Assembly (NCBI GenBank): GCA_039586095.1 | Contig: JBDHLB010000003.1 | Span: forward strand, 827-64,826 | Length of the DNA stretch: 64,000 nt | Source of the DNA: Gemmatimonadota bacterium | GTDB lineage: Bacteria > Gemmatimonadota > Gemmatimonadetes > Palauibacterales > Palauibacteraceae | Reading direction: 5' to 3' | Part shown: piece by piece, positions 37,121 through 46,226 of the stretch | How positions within the stretch are numbered: position 1 is the stretch's first letter | How the letters are laid out: the number at the start of each line of letters is the position of its first letter | Program-made: the position numbers and the translations under genes | The notes under the pieces: model-generated | Databases searched by the model: none | The model's input: the letters and a program-made list of their open reading frames with translations, nothing else | Told to the model about the DNA's origin: nothing

Positions 37121-38644
37121 TTACTCGGGTCGAGGGAACAGGACCGGGCCGGGCTGCACACGAGCGAGTCCGAGCAGCGTGTCCTCCAGGTCGTCGAGGA
37201 GGGCCATCCCGTCGCCCCCACCGACGGCCTTCCAGATCTCCGCCGCCTTGCGGGGGATGAACGGTGCCAGAAGCGCGGCGGAGGTGCCGAGCGTGCGAAC
37301 CAGACTGCCTAGCGCGGCGTCCAGCGCATCGCCTGGCGCACCCGCATCCCGCTCCTCGCGGGCCAGTTGCCAGGGTTGGGTCTGATCCACGTACGCGTTG
37401 GCGGCACGGACGAGCTCGCCGGTCACCTCCAGCCCCTCGTGGAGCAGATAGCCGTCCATCTTTTCACGATAGGATTTCACCGCGTTCACACGATCGTCGT
37501 CCAGCGGTGAAGCGGGCTGACCGGGCACGGCACCGTCCCGGTACTTGAAAACCATCGAGACGACGCGATTCAGCAGGTTGCCGAGGTCGTTTGCCAGCTC
37601 AGTCGTGTAGCGCCGGTCGAACTGCTCAAGAAACCCGTCCGACGACGGGTAGTCACGATCGCCGTCCCAGGAAACTTCACGCATCAGAAAGTAGCGCAGG
37701 GCATCCGGGCCATGGCGCTCGATGAGCTCCGTAAGATCCAGCTCTGTTCCAGCCGACTTGGAGAGCTTCGCGCCACCGATGTTGATGAAACCGTGCGCCC
37801 ACACCGTGCGGGGAAGCGGCAACCCGGCCGACATCAGCATGGCCGGCCAGATCACGCAGTGAAACCTCGTGATGTCTTTCCCGATGATGTGAAGCTCGGC
37901 CGGCCACCACCGATCAAACGCCGGATCCGGAAACCCGACGGCCGTGATGTAGTTCGGCAGGGCGTCGAACCACACGTAGACCGTATGCTCCTCGTCGCCT
38001 GGGAAGGAGACGCCCCAGGGGATGCGGCTTCGCGAAGCGGAGATATCGTCGAGACCGCGCTCCAGCAGTCGCAGAATCTCGTTTCTCCGGCTGGCCGGCT
38101 GGACAAACTCCGGGTGCTCGGAGATGTGGTTCAGCAGGCGGTCCCGGTACTCGGACAGCTTGAAGAAGAAGTTCTCCTCCTCCGTCCACTCCACTTCACG
38201 CTGCGGGTGTATCGGACACTTGCCGTCGACGAGCTCCTCCTCCTTCTTGAACGCCTCGCAACCGGCGCAGTAGTAGCCCGCGTAGCTCGCCATGTAGAAG
38301 TCGTCGTTGGCCTCGATTCGGCGCATGAGCTCGCCGACCCCCTGGTGGTGACGGGGCTCGGTCGTCCGGATGAAGTCGTCGAACTCGACGTCCATACGGC
38401 GCCAGGCGTCCAGAAACGACTCGGCGATCCGGTCGACCCATTCCTGCGGGGGAAGCCCGTTCTGTTCCGCTTCCTGGGCGACTTTCTGTCCATGCTCGTC
38501 CATGCCGATGACGAAGTGCACGTCGTCCCCCAGGCTCTTCCGGTACCTCGCGATCACGTCCGCACCGACCTTCTCCACCGTGTGCCCGAGATGCGGCTCG
38601 CCGTTGGAGTAGTCGATCGCCGTGGTGAGATAGAACTTGCTCAT
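37121..38644 (-). CDS. metG: Methionyl-tRNA synthetase
   Basis: HIGH-type motif EPHLGH, KMSKS-type motif KLSKSAG, and a Cys-rich knuckle CAGCEAF...GKCPIH. Confidence 0.95.
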   Translation of the reverse strand: MSKFYLTTAIDYSNGEPHLGHTVEKVGADVIARYRKSLGDDVHFVIGMDEHGQKVAQEAEQNGLPPQEWVDRIAESFLDAWRRMDVEFDDFIRTTEPRHHQGVGELMRRIEANDDFYMASYAGYYCAGCEAFKKEEELVDGKCPIHPQREVEWTEEENFFFKLSEYRDRLLNHISEHPEFVQPASRRNEILRLLERGLDDISASRSRIPWGVSFPGDEEHTVYVWFDALPNYITAVGFPDPAFDRWWPAELHIIGKDITRFHCVIWPAMLMSAGLPLPRTVWAHGFINIGGAKLSKSAGTELDLTELIERHGPDALRYFLMREVSWDGDRDYPSSDGFLEQFDRRYTTELANDLGNLLNRVVSMVFKYRDGAVPGQPASPLDDDRVNAVKSYREKMDGYLLHEGLEVTGELVRAANAYVDQTQPWQLAREERDAGAPGDALDAALGSLVRTLGTSAALLAPFIPRKAAEIWKAVGGGDGMALLDDLEDTLLGLARVQPGPVLFPRPE

Positions 38645-38703
38645 GAGGGTCGCGCCCGTCTGAATGCCGCGTTCACTGCGCCCGATTCTATTGCGCCAGT
38701 GTC

Positions 38704-39816
38704 TTATTGCGTCCGATCGCGGGCGGAGGCCGTCTCCTGCCGGAGCTCGGTGAGCCCGAGCTCGCGCATCTCTCCGTCCGGGCTTCGCAACGACACGGTT
38801 TCGCTGAACAGGTTCCAGCCCGTCACGACCTCGTCACCGCGGGAGGTGCTGAGGCGCTGGCCCACGCGGGGGAAGCGCTTCTTCGCCTGCTGGTAGAACG
38901 AATGCTCGTAATGGAGGCACGACATAAGCCGACCACAGGCCCCCGAGATCTGGCTCGGATTCAACGACAGGCCCTGGTCCTTCGCGAGCTGAAGCGTGAC
39001 CGGCTCGATCTCCATGAGCCAGGATCGGCAGCACAGCTCACGGCGGCACCGGCCCAGGCCACCCAGGCGCTTGGCCTCGTCACGCACGCCGATCTGTCGC
39101 AGCTCGATCCGTGTTCGGAACGTGCGCGCCATCTCCCGAACCAGAGCGCGAAAGTCGACCCGCTTTTCCGCCGTGAAATAGACCGTCAGCTTGTTGCGGT
39201 CCCACTGCCACTCCGCTTCGCTGACCTTCATCTTGAGATCGTGCTTTTCGACCAGCGCGCGGGTACGTCGCCGCACTTCCAGCTCCTGATCGCGCAGCTG
39301 GTTGAGACGTGTCACGTCCGCGGGTGCCGCCCGCCGGATCACGCGCTTCGTCGGAGGCGGAACGGGTCGTTCGTCGACCGCCTCGCACCCGCCTTCGCAG
39401 GTCAGGTCGTCTGCGTCCACGGCGCGCATCACCCAGCCCAGGTCCTGCCCGCGGTCCGCCTCCACGATCACGTACTCGCGGGCCCGCAGAGGGACCATGT
39501 GTCGGAAGCTGTAGTAACCGGTGCGCAGGCCCTTGAACTGGACCTGGACGACTTGGAGCTCTCCTGGAGCGGTCGAGGTTACCGGCGTCGGGGAAAGTGT
39601 CTGCGGCGCCCGAGGCGTGCTTCCGGCTGCGGCGGCTCGGTCTCTGCGACGGGATCGCGAGGAGCCACGACCGCGCCGTCCCTGACGATCCCGGCCACCG
39701 CGTCGACCGCTTCCCCGGGATCGACGATCGCCACCATCGGAGCGGCTGCCGCCGTCTTCTCCGCCGCTGCCGTCGGGCCCGGCCGACCTTCGGCCCCCGT
39801 CTACTCTTCCGTCCAC
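38704..39816 (-). CDS. PSP1 C-terminal domain protein (YaaT/RicT-like) with an R/G/S/D-rich N-terminal extension
   Basis: PSP1 core [55 protein letters not shown]...CCRSWL. The first ~95 codons are low complexity. There is a 16-nt overlap with accA, and the start is uncertain. Confidence 0.82.
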   Translation of the reverse strand: MDGRVDGGRRSAGPDGSGGEDGGSRSDGGDRRSRGSGRRGGRDRQGRRGRGSSRSRRRDRAAAAGSTPRAPQTLSPTPVTSTAPGELQVVQVQFKGLRTGYYSFRHMVPLRAREYVIVEADRGQDLGWVMRAVDADDLTCEGGCEAVDERPVPPPTKRVIRRAAPADVTRLNQLRDQELEVRRRTRALVEKHDLKMKVSEAEWQWDRNKLTVYFTAEKRVDFRALVREMARTFRTRIELRQIGVRDEAKRLGGLGRCRRELCCRSWLMEIEPVTLQLAKDQGLSLNPSQISGACGRLMSCLHYEHSFYQQAKKRFPRVGQRLSTSRGDEVVTGWNLFSETVSLRSPDGEMRELGLTELRQETASARDRTQ

Positions 39817-40751
39817 GCGCCCATCGCGTAGTACTTCTCGCGCCTTTGCCGGACCAGCTCCTCCGGATCGATCGCCGCGAGCTCGGCGAGATGGCGCTTC
39901 AGGGCTTCGCCTACGGTATCCATGGCCTGTCTCGGCTCAAGGTGGGCGCCACCGGCAGGCTCCGATATCACTTCGTCCACCACCCCGAGCTCGAGAAGAT
40001 CGGCGGCGGTCAACTTCATGGCGTCCGCAGCCTGGTCGGCGTGCTCCCGGCTTCGCCACAGGATCGCCGCACAGCCTTCCGGCGAGATGACCGAGTAGAT
40101 CGCGTTCTCCATCATCAGCACGCGATCCGCGACGGCGATCCCCAGTGCCCCGCCGCTGCCCCCTTCGCCGATCACGACCGAGAGAAGGGGGACGCGGAGC
40201 CCGGCCATCACGAACAGGTTTTCGGCGATCGCTTCGCCCTGGCCCCGCTCCTCGGCGCCGATGCCTGGATATGCGCCCTGCGTATCGACGAACGTGACGA
40301 TCGGCCGTCCGAACTTCTCGGCCAGCTTCATCAGGCGCTTCGCCTTGCGATAGCCTTCGGGGTGCATCGAGCCGAAGTTGCGGAAGAGGTTCTCCTTCAT
40401 CTCCCGACCCTTCTGCTGGCCGATCACCATGACCGAGCGGCCATCCAGGGTCGCCCATCCACCCACAACGGCGGGATCGTCACGATACAGGCGGTCGCCG
40501 TGTAGCTCGAACCAGTTCTCGAACAGTCGCTCCACGAAGTCGAGTGTGAAGGGACGGCCCTGGTCGCGTGCCAGTTTCACCCGATCGTAGCGCGACAGGC
40601 TCTCCACCTCGTCCTGCCGCTCGGAGGCGAGTCTCTCCTCGAGCTCCCGGACCTGCTCGGAGACGTCGAAGCCCTGGCTCTGGGCGGCCTCCCGCAGCTC
40701 GTCGATGCGTGTGCGGAGAGCCGCGTAATCCCGTTCGTTATCGGCTGTCAT
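39801..40751 (-). CDS. accA: Acetyl-CoA carboxylase carboxyltransferase alpha subunit
   Basis: [37 protein letters not shown] and [10 protein letters not shown] are typical AccA segments. Confidence 0.95.
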   Translation of the reverse strand: MTADNERDYAALRTRIDELREAAQSQGFDVSEQVRELEERLASERQDEVESLSRYDRVKLARDQGRPFTLDFVERLFENWFELHGDRLYRDDPAVVGGWATLDGRSVMVIGQQKGREMKENLFRNFGSMHPEGYRKAKRLMKLAEKFGRPIVTFVDTQGAYPGIGAEERGQGEAIAENLFVMAGLRVPLLSVVIGEGGSGGALGIAVADRVLMMENAIYSVISPEGCAAILWRSREHADQAADAMKLTAADLLELGVVDEVISEPAGGAHLEPRQAMDTVGEALKRHLAELAAIDPEELVRQRREKYYAMGAWTEE

Positions 40752-40799
40752 GCTCCCACGACGAGTGATCCGGACGACCGCCGGACCGTCATCCTCGCC

Positions 40800-43700
40800 C
40801 TATTCGCGTACCAGCTTGACCCGGTCTCCGCCCAGCAGCGTTCGTAGATCCGTCAGCAGTGCGGCGCTCGGCGTGACTCGCAGGGACTGCGATGCGAGTC
40901 TCGGCCGCTCGGCGCCATTGCCGTCCCGCCCCTGCCATTCGACCCACAGGGGACCCCTGCCGGGGGCGCTTTCCAACAGAGTGCGCACCCGTTCGAACGC
41001 CTCGGGCTCGAGCTCCTCTCCCTCGCGCAGTTCGATGCAGATGCCCACCTGTCCGCTCGATCCCACCTCTGAGAGGCTCCGAACGGAATCCACAAAAATG
41101 GGGGGATCTTCCTCGTCGCGCGAGCTTCCCGACACCGTACCGGCGAGGAGGACCGGTGTGTCCTCGCCCAGAACGTCGCGGTTGTCGACCCACTTGTCGC
41201 CAAAGACCAGGGCCGTCGCCGTTCCGCGAAAGTCTTCGATGGTCAGACGGGCCCACTCCCGTCCGTCCCTTCGTGAAGTACGGACTGCGCGCTCAGTGAT
41301 CACGCACGCGACCTCGATCGATTGCTCACGGAACTCGGCGAAGTTGGAGCTGTTCGCCGTCAGCTCGTACAGCTCCACCAGCTCGCGATACCGGTCGAGC
41401 GGGTGGCCCGAGATGTAGAAGCCCAGGCGCTCCTTCTCCTCCTTGAGTCGCCGACGCTCGCCCCATGGCTCGACGTCCGGAAGGGCAGGGGCCGTTCGTC
41501 GTCGGTCGCCGCCCCCGAACAGGGAGGTCTGACCGGTCTCCGTCTCGCGTTTGCGGAGCTGCGCCTCGTTGAACATCAGGTCGAGTCCGGCGAGCAGACG
41601 CGCGCGCCCGCCGAAATCGTCCAGGGCGCCCGCTCCGATAAGTGCTTCCACCACGCGCTTGTTGTTCAGACGCAGATCGATGCGCTGGAGGAAGTCGAGG
41701 AAAGACTCGAACGGCTTTTCTTCACGAGCCTCGATGATCGACTGGATCGCTCCGTGCCCGACCCCTTTGATCGCGCCTAGACCGAACCGGATCCGATCAT
41801 CGGCCACGACCGTGAACCGGTACCGGGACTCGCTCACGCTCGGCGGGAGCACATCGATGCCCAGCCCCCGGGCCTCCGCGATGTACGTGACGACCTTGTC
41901 CGTGTTGCCGATCTCGGACGACAGCAATGCCGCCATGAACTCTGCGGGATAGTGCGCCTTCAGCCACGCGGTCCGGAAGGAAAGAACGGCGTAGGCCACC
42001 GAATGAGCCTTCGGGAAACCGTACCGGCCGAAGGTTCGGATCAGCTCCGCGATCTCGGTCGCCTTCTCACGCGTGGTGCCTCGCTCGACGGCGCGCTTCA
42101 CGAAGTCCGCGAGCACCTTGGCGGTGAGCTTCGCGTCCTTCTTGCCGACCGCCTTTCGAAGCACATCTGCTTCGGCGAGCGAGAAGCCCGCCAGCACGTT
42201 GGCGACACGCATCACCTGTTCCTGGTAGGTGATGACGCCGTAGGTGGGCTCCAGCACGTCGCCGAGATCGGGGTGCGGGTACTCGACGGGCGCGAAGCCG
42301 CGCTTGCGTCGGATGTAGACGTCCGTCATCCCGGAATCGAGGGGTCCGGGACGGATGAGCGCGTTTACCGCGACCAGGTCGTCGAACCGGTCGCACCGCA
42401 TCCCTCGCAGCTTGTCGGTCGCGAGAGACGACTCGAACTGGAACACGCCGCTGGTCCGACCCGAAGCGAGCATATCGTACACGGCCGGGTCCTCGAAGCC
42501 GATCTCCTCCCAGTCGGTCTCGACTCCGTGACGCTGTGCCACGCTGGCCATCGCGTCGTGGATCACGGTGAGCGTGCGCAGCCCGAGGAAGTCCATCTTG
42601 AGCATGCCCGCCTTCTCGAGGGCGACCATGTCGAACTGCGTGATGACCGTGTCCTCGCCGTTCTTGGTGTCGGCGCAGATCGGCACGTAGTGGTCGAGTG
42701 GGCCGGGAGCGATCACGACTCCAGCGGCGTGCACCGAGCTGTGACGGGCCAGGCCCTCGATCCGCGTGGCGTAGTCGAGCAGCTTCCGGACGGCCGGATC
42801 TTCCTCGTACAGCTCCTTCAGTTCCTGGACCTTGTGGACCGCCTGTGCGACAGTAAAGGAGAAGCCGGGACTGCTCGGAATGAGCTTGGCCAGACGATCC
42901 GTGTCGGAGGGCGAGAAGCCCAGCACGCGACCCACGTCCCTCACGACGGCCCGCGCCTTCATGGTTCCAAAGGTGATGATCTGACCGACCGACTGCTGCC
43001 CGTACTTCTCCCGGACGTAGTCGATCACCTCGCCTCGCCGCTCGTAGCAGAAGTCGATGTCGATGTCCGGCATCGAGATCCGCTCCGGGTTCAAGAAGCG
43101 TTCGAACAGGAGGTCGAAGGCGAGAGGGTCCACGTCGGTCACACCCAGCGAGTACGCGACGATGGAACCGGCCGACGAGCCCCGACCGGGTCCCACCGGA
43201 ATGTCTCGCTCCCTGGCGGCCCGGATGAAGTCCCAGACGATCAGGAAGTAGCCTGCATACCCCGTCTTCTCGATGACATCGAGCTCGTACTCCAGGCGCT
43301 CCCGCACTTCTTCGGGGAGCGGATCTCCGTACCGATCCCGCGCTCCTCGTTCCGCCAGATCGCGCAACATCGAGACATCATCGTCGAACGCCTCCGGCAG
43401 CGGGAAGTTCGGCAGCTGGTACTGCTGCTTGAAGCGAACGTCGCAGCGCTCGGCGATCTCGAGCGTGTTCGCAAGCACGTCCGGCCGATCGGGAAACAGC
43501 TCGGCCATTTCGTCTGCCGACTTGAAGTAGCTTTCTTCGCCGTGGAAGCGGAGGCGGTTCGGGTCCGACTTGTCCTTGCCCGTGCCGATGCACAGGAGGG
43601 TGTCGTGGGCGTCCGCGTCCTCACGCCGCAGGTAGTGAGCGTCGTTCGTGGCGACCACGCCCAGCCCGAGGGCTTCAGCCAGCTGGAAGACGCCCTCGTT

Positions 43701-44261
43701 CACCTTCTCCTGCCCCGGGATCCCGTGCCGCTGTACCTCCAGCCAATACCGTCCGGGGCCGAACACGCGCGCATGCCACTCGGCCGCCTCACGAGCCCGG
43801 TCGAATCGATCCAGAAGCAGATTCTTGGCGACCTCGCCCGACATGCAGGCCGAGAGGACGATCAGACCGTCGGAATGCTCCTCGAGCACGTCGCGGTCGA
43901 TCCGGGGTCTCCGGTAGAAGCCCTCCGTGTATCCGATCGATGAGAGTCGGACCAGGTTGTGGTAGCCGGTCTCGTTCTCCGCCAGGAGCACCAGATGCGC
44001 ATAGGGCGCCGGCGCGTCGGGCGGGATCGCGCGCGCCCGGCGGTCGCCGTACGCGACGTAGGCCTCGCACCCAATGATCGGTCGCAGTCCTCGCTTGCGC
44101 GCCTTCTCTTGGAAACCCCACGCGCCATAGAGGTTGCCATGGTCCGTGAGGGCGAGGGCCGGCATCCCGAACTCGACCGCCCGGTCTACGAGCTCGTCGA
44201 GCCGGTTGGCGCCGTCGAGCAACGAGTATTCGCTGTGCGTGTGCAGGTGGACGAACTGCAT
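40800..44261 (-). CDS. dnaE: DNA polymerase III alpha subunit
   Basis: PHP domain MQFVHLHTHSEYSLLDGA, polymerase core (PDIDIDF), OB fold. 1152 aa. Confidence 0.97.
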   Translation of the reverse strand: MQFVHLHTHSEYSLLDGANRLDELVDRAVEFGMPALALTDHGNLYGAWGFQEKARKRGLRPIIGCEAYVAYGDRRARAIPPDAPAPYAHLVLLAENETGYHNLVRLSSIGYTEGFYRRPRIDRDVLEEHSDGLIVLSACMSGEVAKNLLLDRFDRAREAAEWHARVFGPGRYWLEVQRHGIPGQEKVNEGVFQLAEALGLGVVATNDAHYLRREDADAHDTLLCIGTGKDKSDPNRLRFHGEESYFKSADEMAELFPDRPDVLANTLEIAERCDVRFKQQYQLPNFPLPEAFDDDVSMLRDLAERGARDRYGDPLPEEVRERLEYELDVIEKTGYAGYFLIVWDFIRAARERDIPVGPGRGSSAGSIVAYSLGVTDVDPLAFDLLFERFLNPERISMPDIDIDFCYERRGEVIDYVREKYGQQSVGQIITFGTMKARAVVRDVGRVLGFSPSDTDRLAKLIPSSPGFSFTVAQAVHKVQELKELYEEDPAVRKLLDYATRIEGLARHSSVHAAGVVIAPGPLDHYVPICADTKNGEDTVITQFDMVALEKAGMLKMDFLGLRTLTVIHDAMASVAQRHGVETDWEEIGFEDPAVYDMLASGRTSGVFQFESSLATDKLRGMRCDRFDDLVAVNALIRPGPLDSGMTDVYIRRKRGFAPVEYPHPDLGDVLEPTYGVITYQEQVMRVANVLAGFSLAEADVLRKAVGKKDAKLTAKVLADFVKRAVERGTTREKATEIAELIRTFGRYGFPKAHSVAYAVLSFRTAWLKAHYPAEFMAALLSSEIGNTDKVVTYIAEARGLGIDVLPPSVSESRYRFTVVADDRIRFGLGAIKGVGHGAIQSIIEAREEKPFESFLDFLQRIDLRLNNKRVVEALIGAGALDDFGGRARLLAGLDLMFNEAQLRKRETETGQTSLFGGGDRRRTAPALPDVEPWGERRRLKEEKERLGFYISGHPLDRYRELVELYELTANSSNFAEFREQSIEVACVITERAVRTSRRDGREWARLTIEDFRGTATALVFGDKWVDNRDVLGEDTPVLLAGTVSGSSRDEEDPPIFVDSVRSLSEVGSSGQVGICIELREGEELEPEAFERVRTLLESAPGRGPLWVEWQGRDGNGAERPRLASQSLRVTPSAALLTDLRTLLGGDRVKLVRE

Positions 44262-44324
44262 GGCGCGGTCAGTTAGCCTGTCGATGGCTACGTTCGGGCG
44301 CCGGGAGTGGGCGGGACGACCGTC

Positions 44325-45386
44325 TCATCCCGTCGATGGAGCGCACGCGAAGGAGCCCAGAATCTCCTGAAGCTGGAGAACATACTCATACTTGTCCCGC
44401 CCTGGCGCGTACAGCCACGCGTCGAGCAGAAACGTCCGATCGCCGCACCGGACGAGCCACACGATGAAGGGGCCCGCTGCCGGGTAGTTGCCCTCCTCGT
44501 CCTCCCATACGCCCGTGACCTCGAGCGCCGGCGCCCCGCCGTGCGCGAACTCCGTGACCGTCGAGCGCTCCGCGCTGATCCGTTGCGGGACGTTGTAATG
44601 GATGCCGTCCACATCCGCGCGCCAGGCAAGCGCCGTCTCGGTCGTCAGCGAGTCCACGCCGTCACGCCAGGTGATGAGGATCGAGCGGATCAGCTGGCTC
44701 GGATCGGGGTTGTCGTTGCGCACGATGACCGTGGTCTCGAGCGGCCCCTCCCGCACGACGTGATCGTAGACCTCGGGGACGAGCAGCGAGAAGCCGAAGC
44801 GCTGTGAGAACTCGGTCGCCAGCGCGGTGTCCGGCGGCGTGACGAACATCTTGTTGCGCACGAATGCGCGGTAGTCGCTGTCCACCATCCCGAGGACCGC
44901 AGGCAGCTGACCGAGCCACGTCTCGACCTCTCGCCCCTCCTCGAGCAGGATCGCCGTGACAACCTGTCCTCGTGCCCACACCTCGGAGGCCTGGAAGACG
45001 GATGGGACCTCGAGGGTCCCGACACGATCCGCGGCCGCCGCGGCCTGTCGAATCAACGGATCGTCGGCCGTTCCGAACACGAGCAGCTGACGGAAGTTGC
45101 GCAGGTCCTGGAACTCCCTGGCCCCTGGATCGACCTGCGTGACGTTGAAGCGGTTTTCGTCACGTACGGTGAAAATCGTGGGCTCCAGGATGGCGTAGGT
45201 GCTATCCTCGACCTCTGCCCACAGTGAGTCGGCGGCAGCCACGATCAGGCTGTTCGCCTGTCCCATCGCCTGGGGTTGCCCGCACGCGGACAGTGCAAGG
45301 ACAGGGACAAGAGTCGACGCGGTCAGCGTCAGGAGCAGAGACGCGGGTCGCGTTCGGGGGCACGGAGTACCATCAGTGCGCTTCAT
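44325..45386 (-). CDS. Hypothetical lipoprotein (possibly DUF4837-like)
   Basis: ATG 45386. Lipobox LALSAC-GQ. The family assignment is tentative and from memory only. Confidence 0.55.
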   Translation of the reverse strand: MKRTDGTPCPRTRPASLLLTLTASTLVPVLALSACGQPQAMGQANSLIVAAADSLWAEVEDSTYAILEPTIFTVRDENRFNVTQVDPGAREFQDLRNFRQLLVFGTADDPLIRQAAAAADRVGTLEVPSVFQASEVWARGQVVTAILLEEGREVETWLGQLPAVLGMVDSDYRAFVRNKMFVTPPDTALATEFSQRFGFSLLVPEVYDHVVREGPLETTVIVRNDNPDPSQLIRSILITWRDGVDSLTTETALAWRADVDGIHYNVPQRISAERSTVTEFAHGGAPALEVTGVWEDEEGNYPAAGPFIVWLVRCGDRTFLLDAWLYAPGRDKYEYVLQLQEILGSFACAPSTG

Positions 45387-45477
45387 AGGCGCAAAGTAGA
45401 GGCTGAAGTCAGGGGCAGGCAAACCGGGCCGCACGTTGGCCTCGGTCGCTGCATTTTCCGGGAAGGGTCGGGGGATC

Positions 45478-45505
45478 TTGACACCCGATCACCCGTTGTT
45501 AGCTT
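45478..45505 (+). promoter_or_regulatory. Candidate sigma70-type promoter (TTGACA-N16-TAGCTT)
   Basis: A perfect -35 TTGACA lies at 45478-45483. A weak -10 TAGCTT lies at 45500-45505. The site is about 70 nt upstream of the acidic mini-ORF. Confidence 0.3.
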
Positions 45506-45573
45506 CGCCGCGGCTGTCCTGACCCAGTGCGGTCTGGCCGGGCCCCAAGGCCCCTTTTGGAGGAGGATCTCCG

Positions 45574-45786
45574 ATGGCGAAGGAGTGGTTCGCGGTCGCA
45601 TCCATGGACGAGCGACGGCGGATGTCATCCGGCGTGCACAAGCTGCACGCACAGGAAGAAGCTTGGGACGAAGAAGACTGGGAGGACGAGGACGACGACC
45701 TCGACGACGACCTCGACGACGACTGGGACGACTTCGACGATGATGATGAGGACTGGGAGGACGAAGACGACGACGAGAGCTTTTAG
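45574..45786 (+). CDS. Extremely acidic mini-protein (70 aa)
   Basis: ATG 45574 lies 7 nt after GGAGGAGG. After a 27-aa mixed N-terminus, 33 of the last 43 residues are D/E, interspersed with W/F/L, and the protein ends in DDDESF. The other frames and the other strand give T-rich or R-rich nonsense. Confidence 0.55.
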   Translation: MAKEWFAVASMDERRRMSSGVHKLHAQEEAWDEEDWEDEDDDLDDDLDDDWDDFDDDDEDWEDEDDDESF

Positions 45787-45925
45787 GACAACGGGTCCGG
45801 CTCCGGACGGCTTCGGCTCTCCCGCGCCTTTTGCGGGTAATCGTCCCTAGCGACGCAGTCGCGAGCGGCGCCGAGCGACTTGCGATCGGAGCTTCAACCC
45901 TACGACATTGACGGATGCGAGGCAG

Positions 45926-45962
45926 GGGCGAGCTGACCCGATGGCTCGCCCTCCTTTTTCTC
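45926..45962 (+). terminator. Rho-independent terminator-like hairpin
   Basis: GGGCGAGC (45926-45933) pairs with GCTCGCCC (45944-45951) across a 10-nt loop and is followed by TCCTTTTTCTC. It lies just upstream of the tRNA. Confidence 0.5.
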
Positions 45963-45967
45963 ACCCA

Positions 45968-46042
45968 GGGCCCGTAGCTCAGCCTGGTTAGAGCGCTCGC
46001 CTGATAAGCGAGAGGTCGGTAGTTCAAATCTACCCGGGCCCA
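45968..46042 (+). tRNA. tRNA-Ile (anticodon GAU)
   Basis: Hand-folded cloverleaf: acceptor GGGCCCG/CGGGCCC, D arm GCTC..GAGC, anticodon arm CTCGC-CTGATAA-GCGAG, T arm GGTAG-TTCAAAT-CTACC, discriminator A. CCA is not encoded. Confidence 0.9.
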
Positions 46043-46226
46043 CTCCTCCTTTGGCCTGTCCGGCCTTGTGCCACACCATATCACATGAGGAGCCGAGCTC
46101 CTTGCGCCATGCCCCGCCGTGGCTGTCCTACGGGGGGCGGCCTATGTTGGATCGCACGGTTCGACCTTCGCGCTTCATGGTCGATCAAAGCAGCCTGCTC
46201 CCTCTTGTTCCCGGAGGTTGCGCTTC

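Noticed and set aside
41952-43943. 663-aa plus-strand ORF inside dnaE
   Set aside because: It is antisense to dnaE. The sequence is V/R/L/G/H-rich with no motifs.
45383-46084. 233-aa minus-strand ORF spanning the acidic-protein gene and the tRNA
   Set aside because: It crosses the tRNA-Ile gene on the opposite strand and is an R/S/P-rich mirror of the GAC/GAG repeats. The plus-strand acidic ORF has an RBS, a promoter and a terminator.
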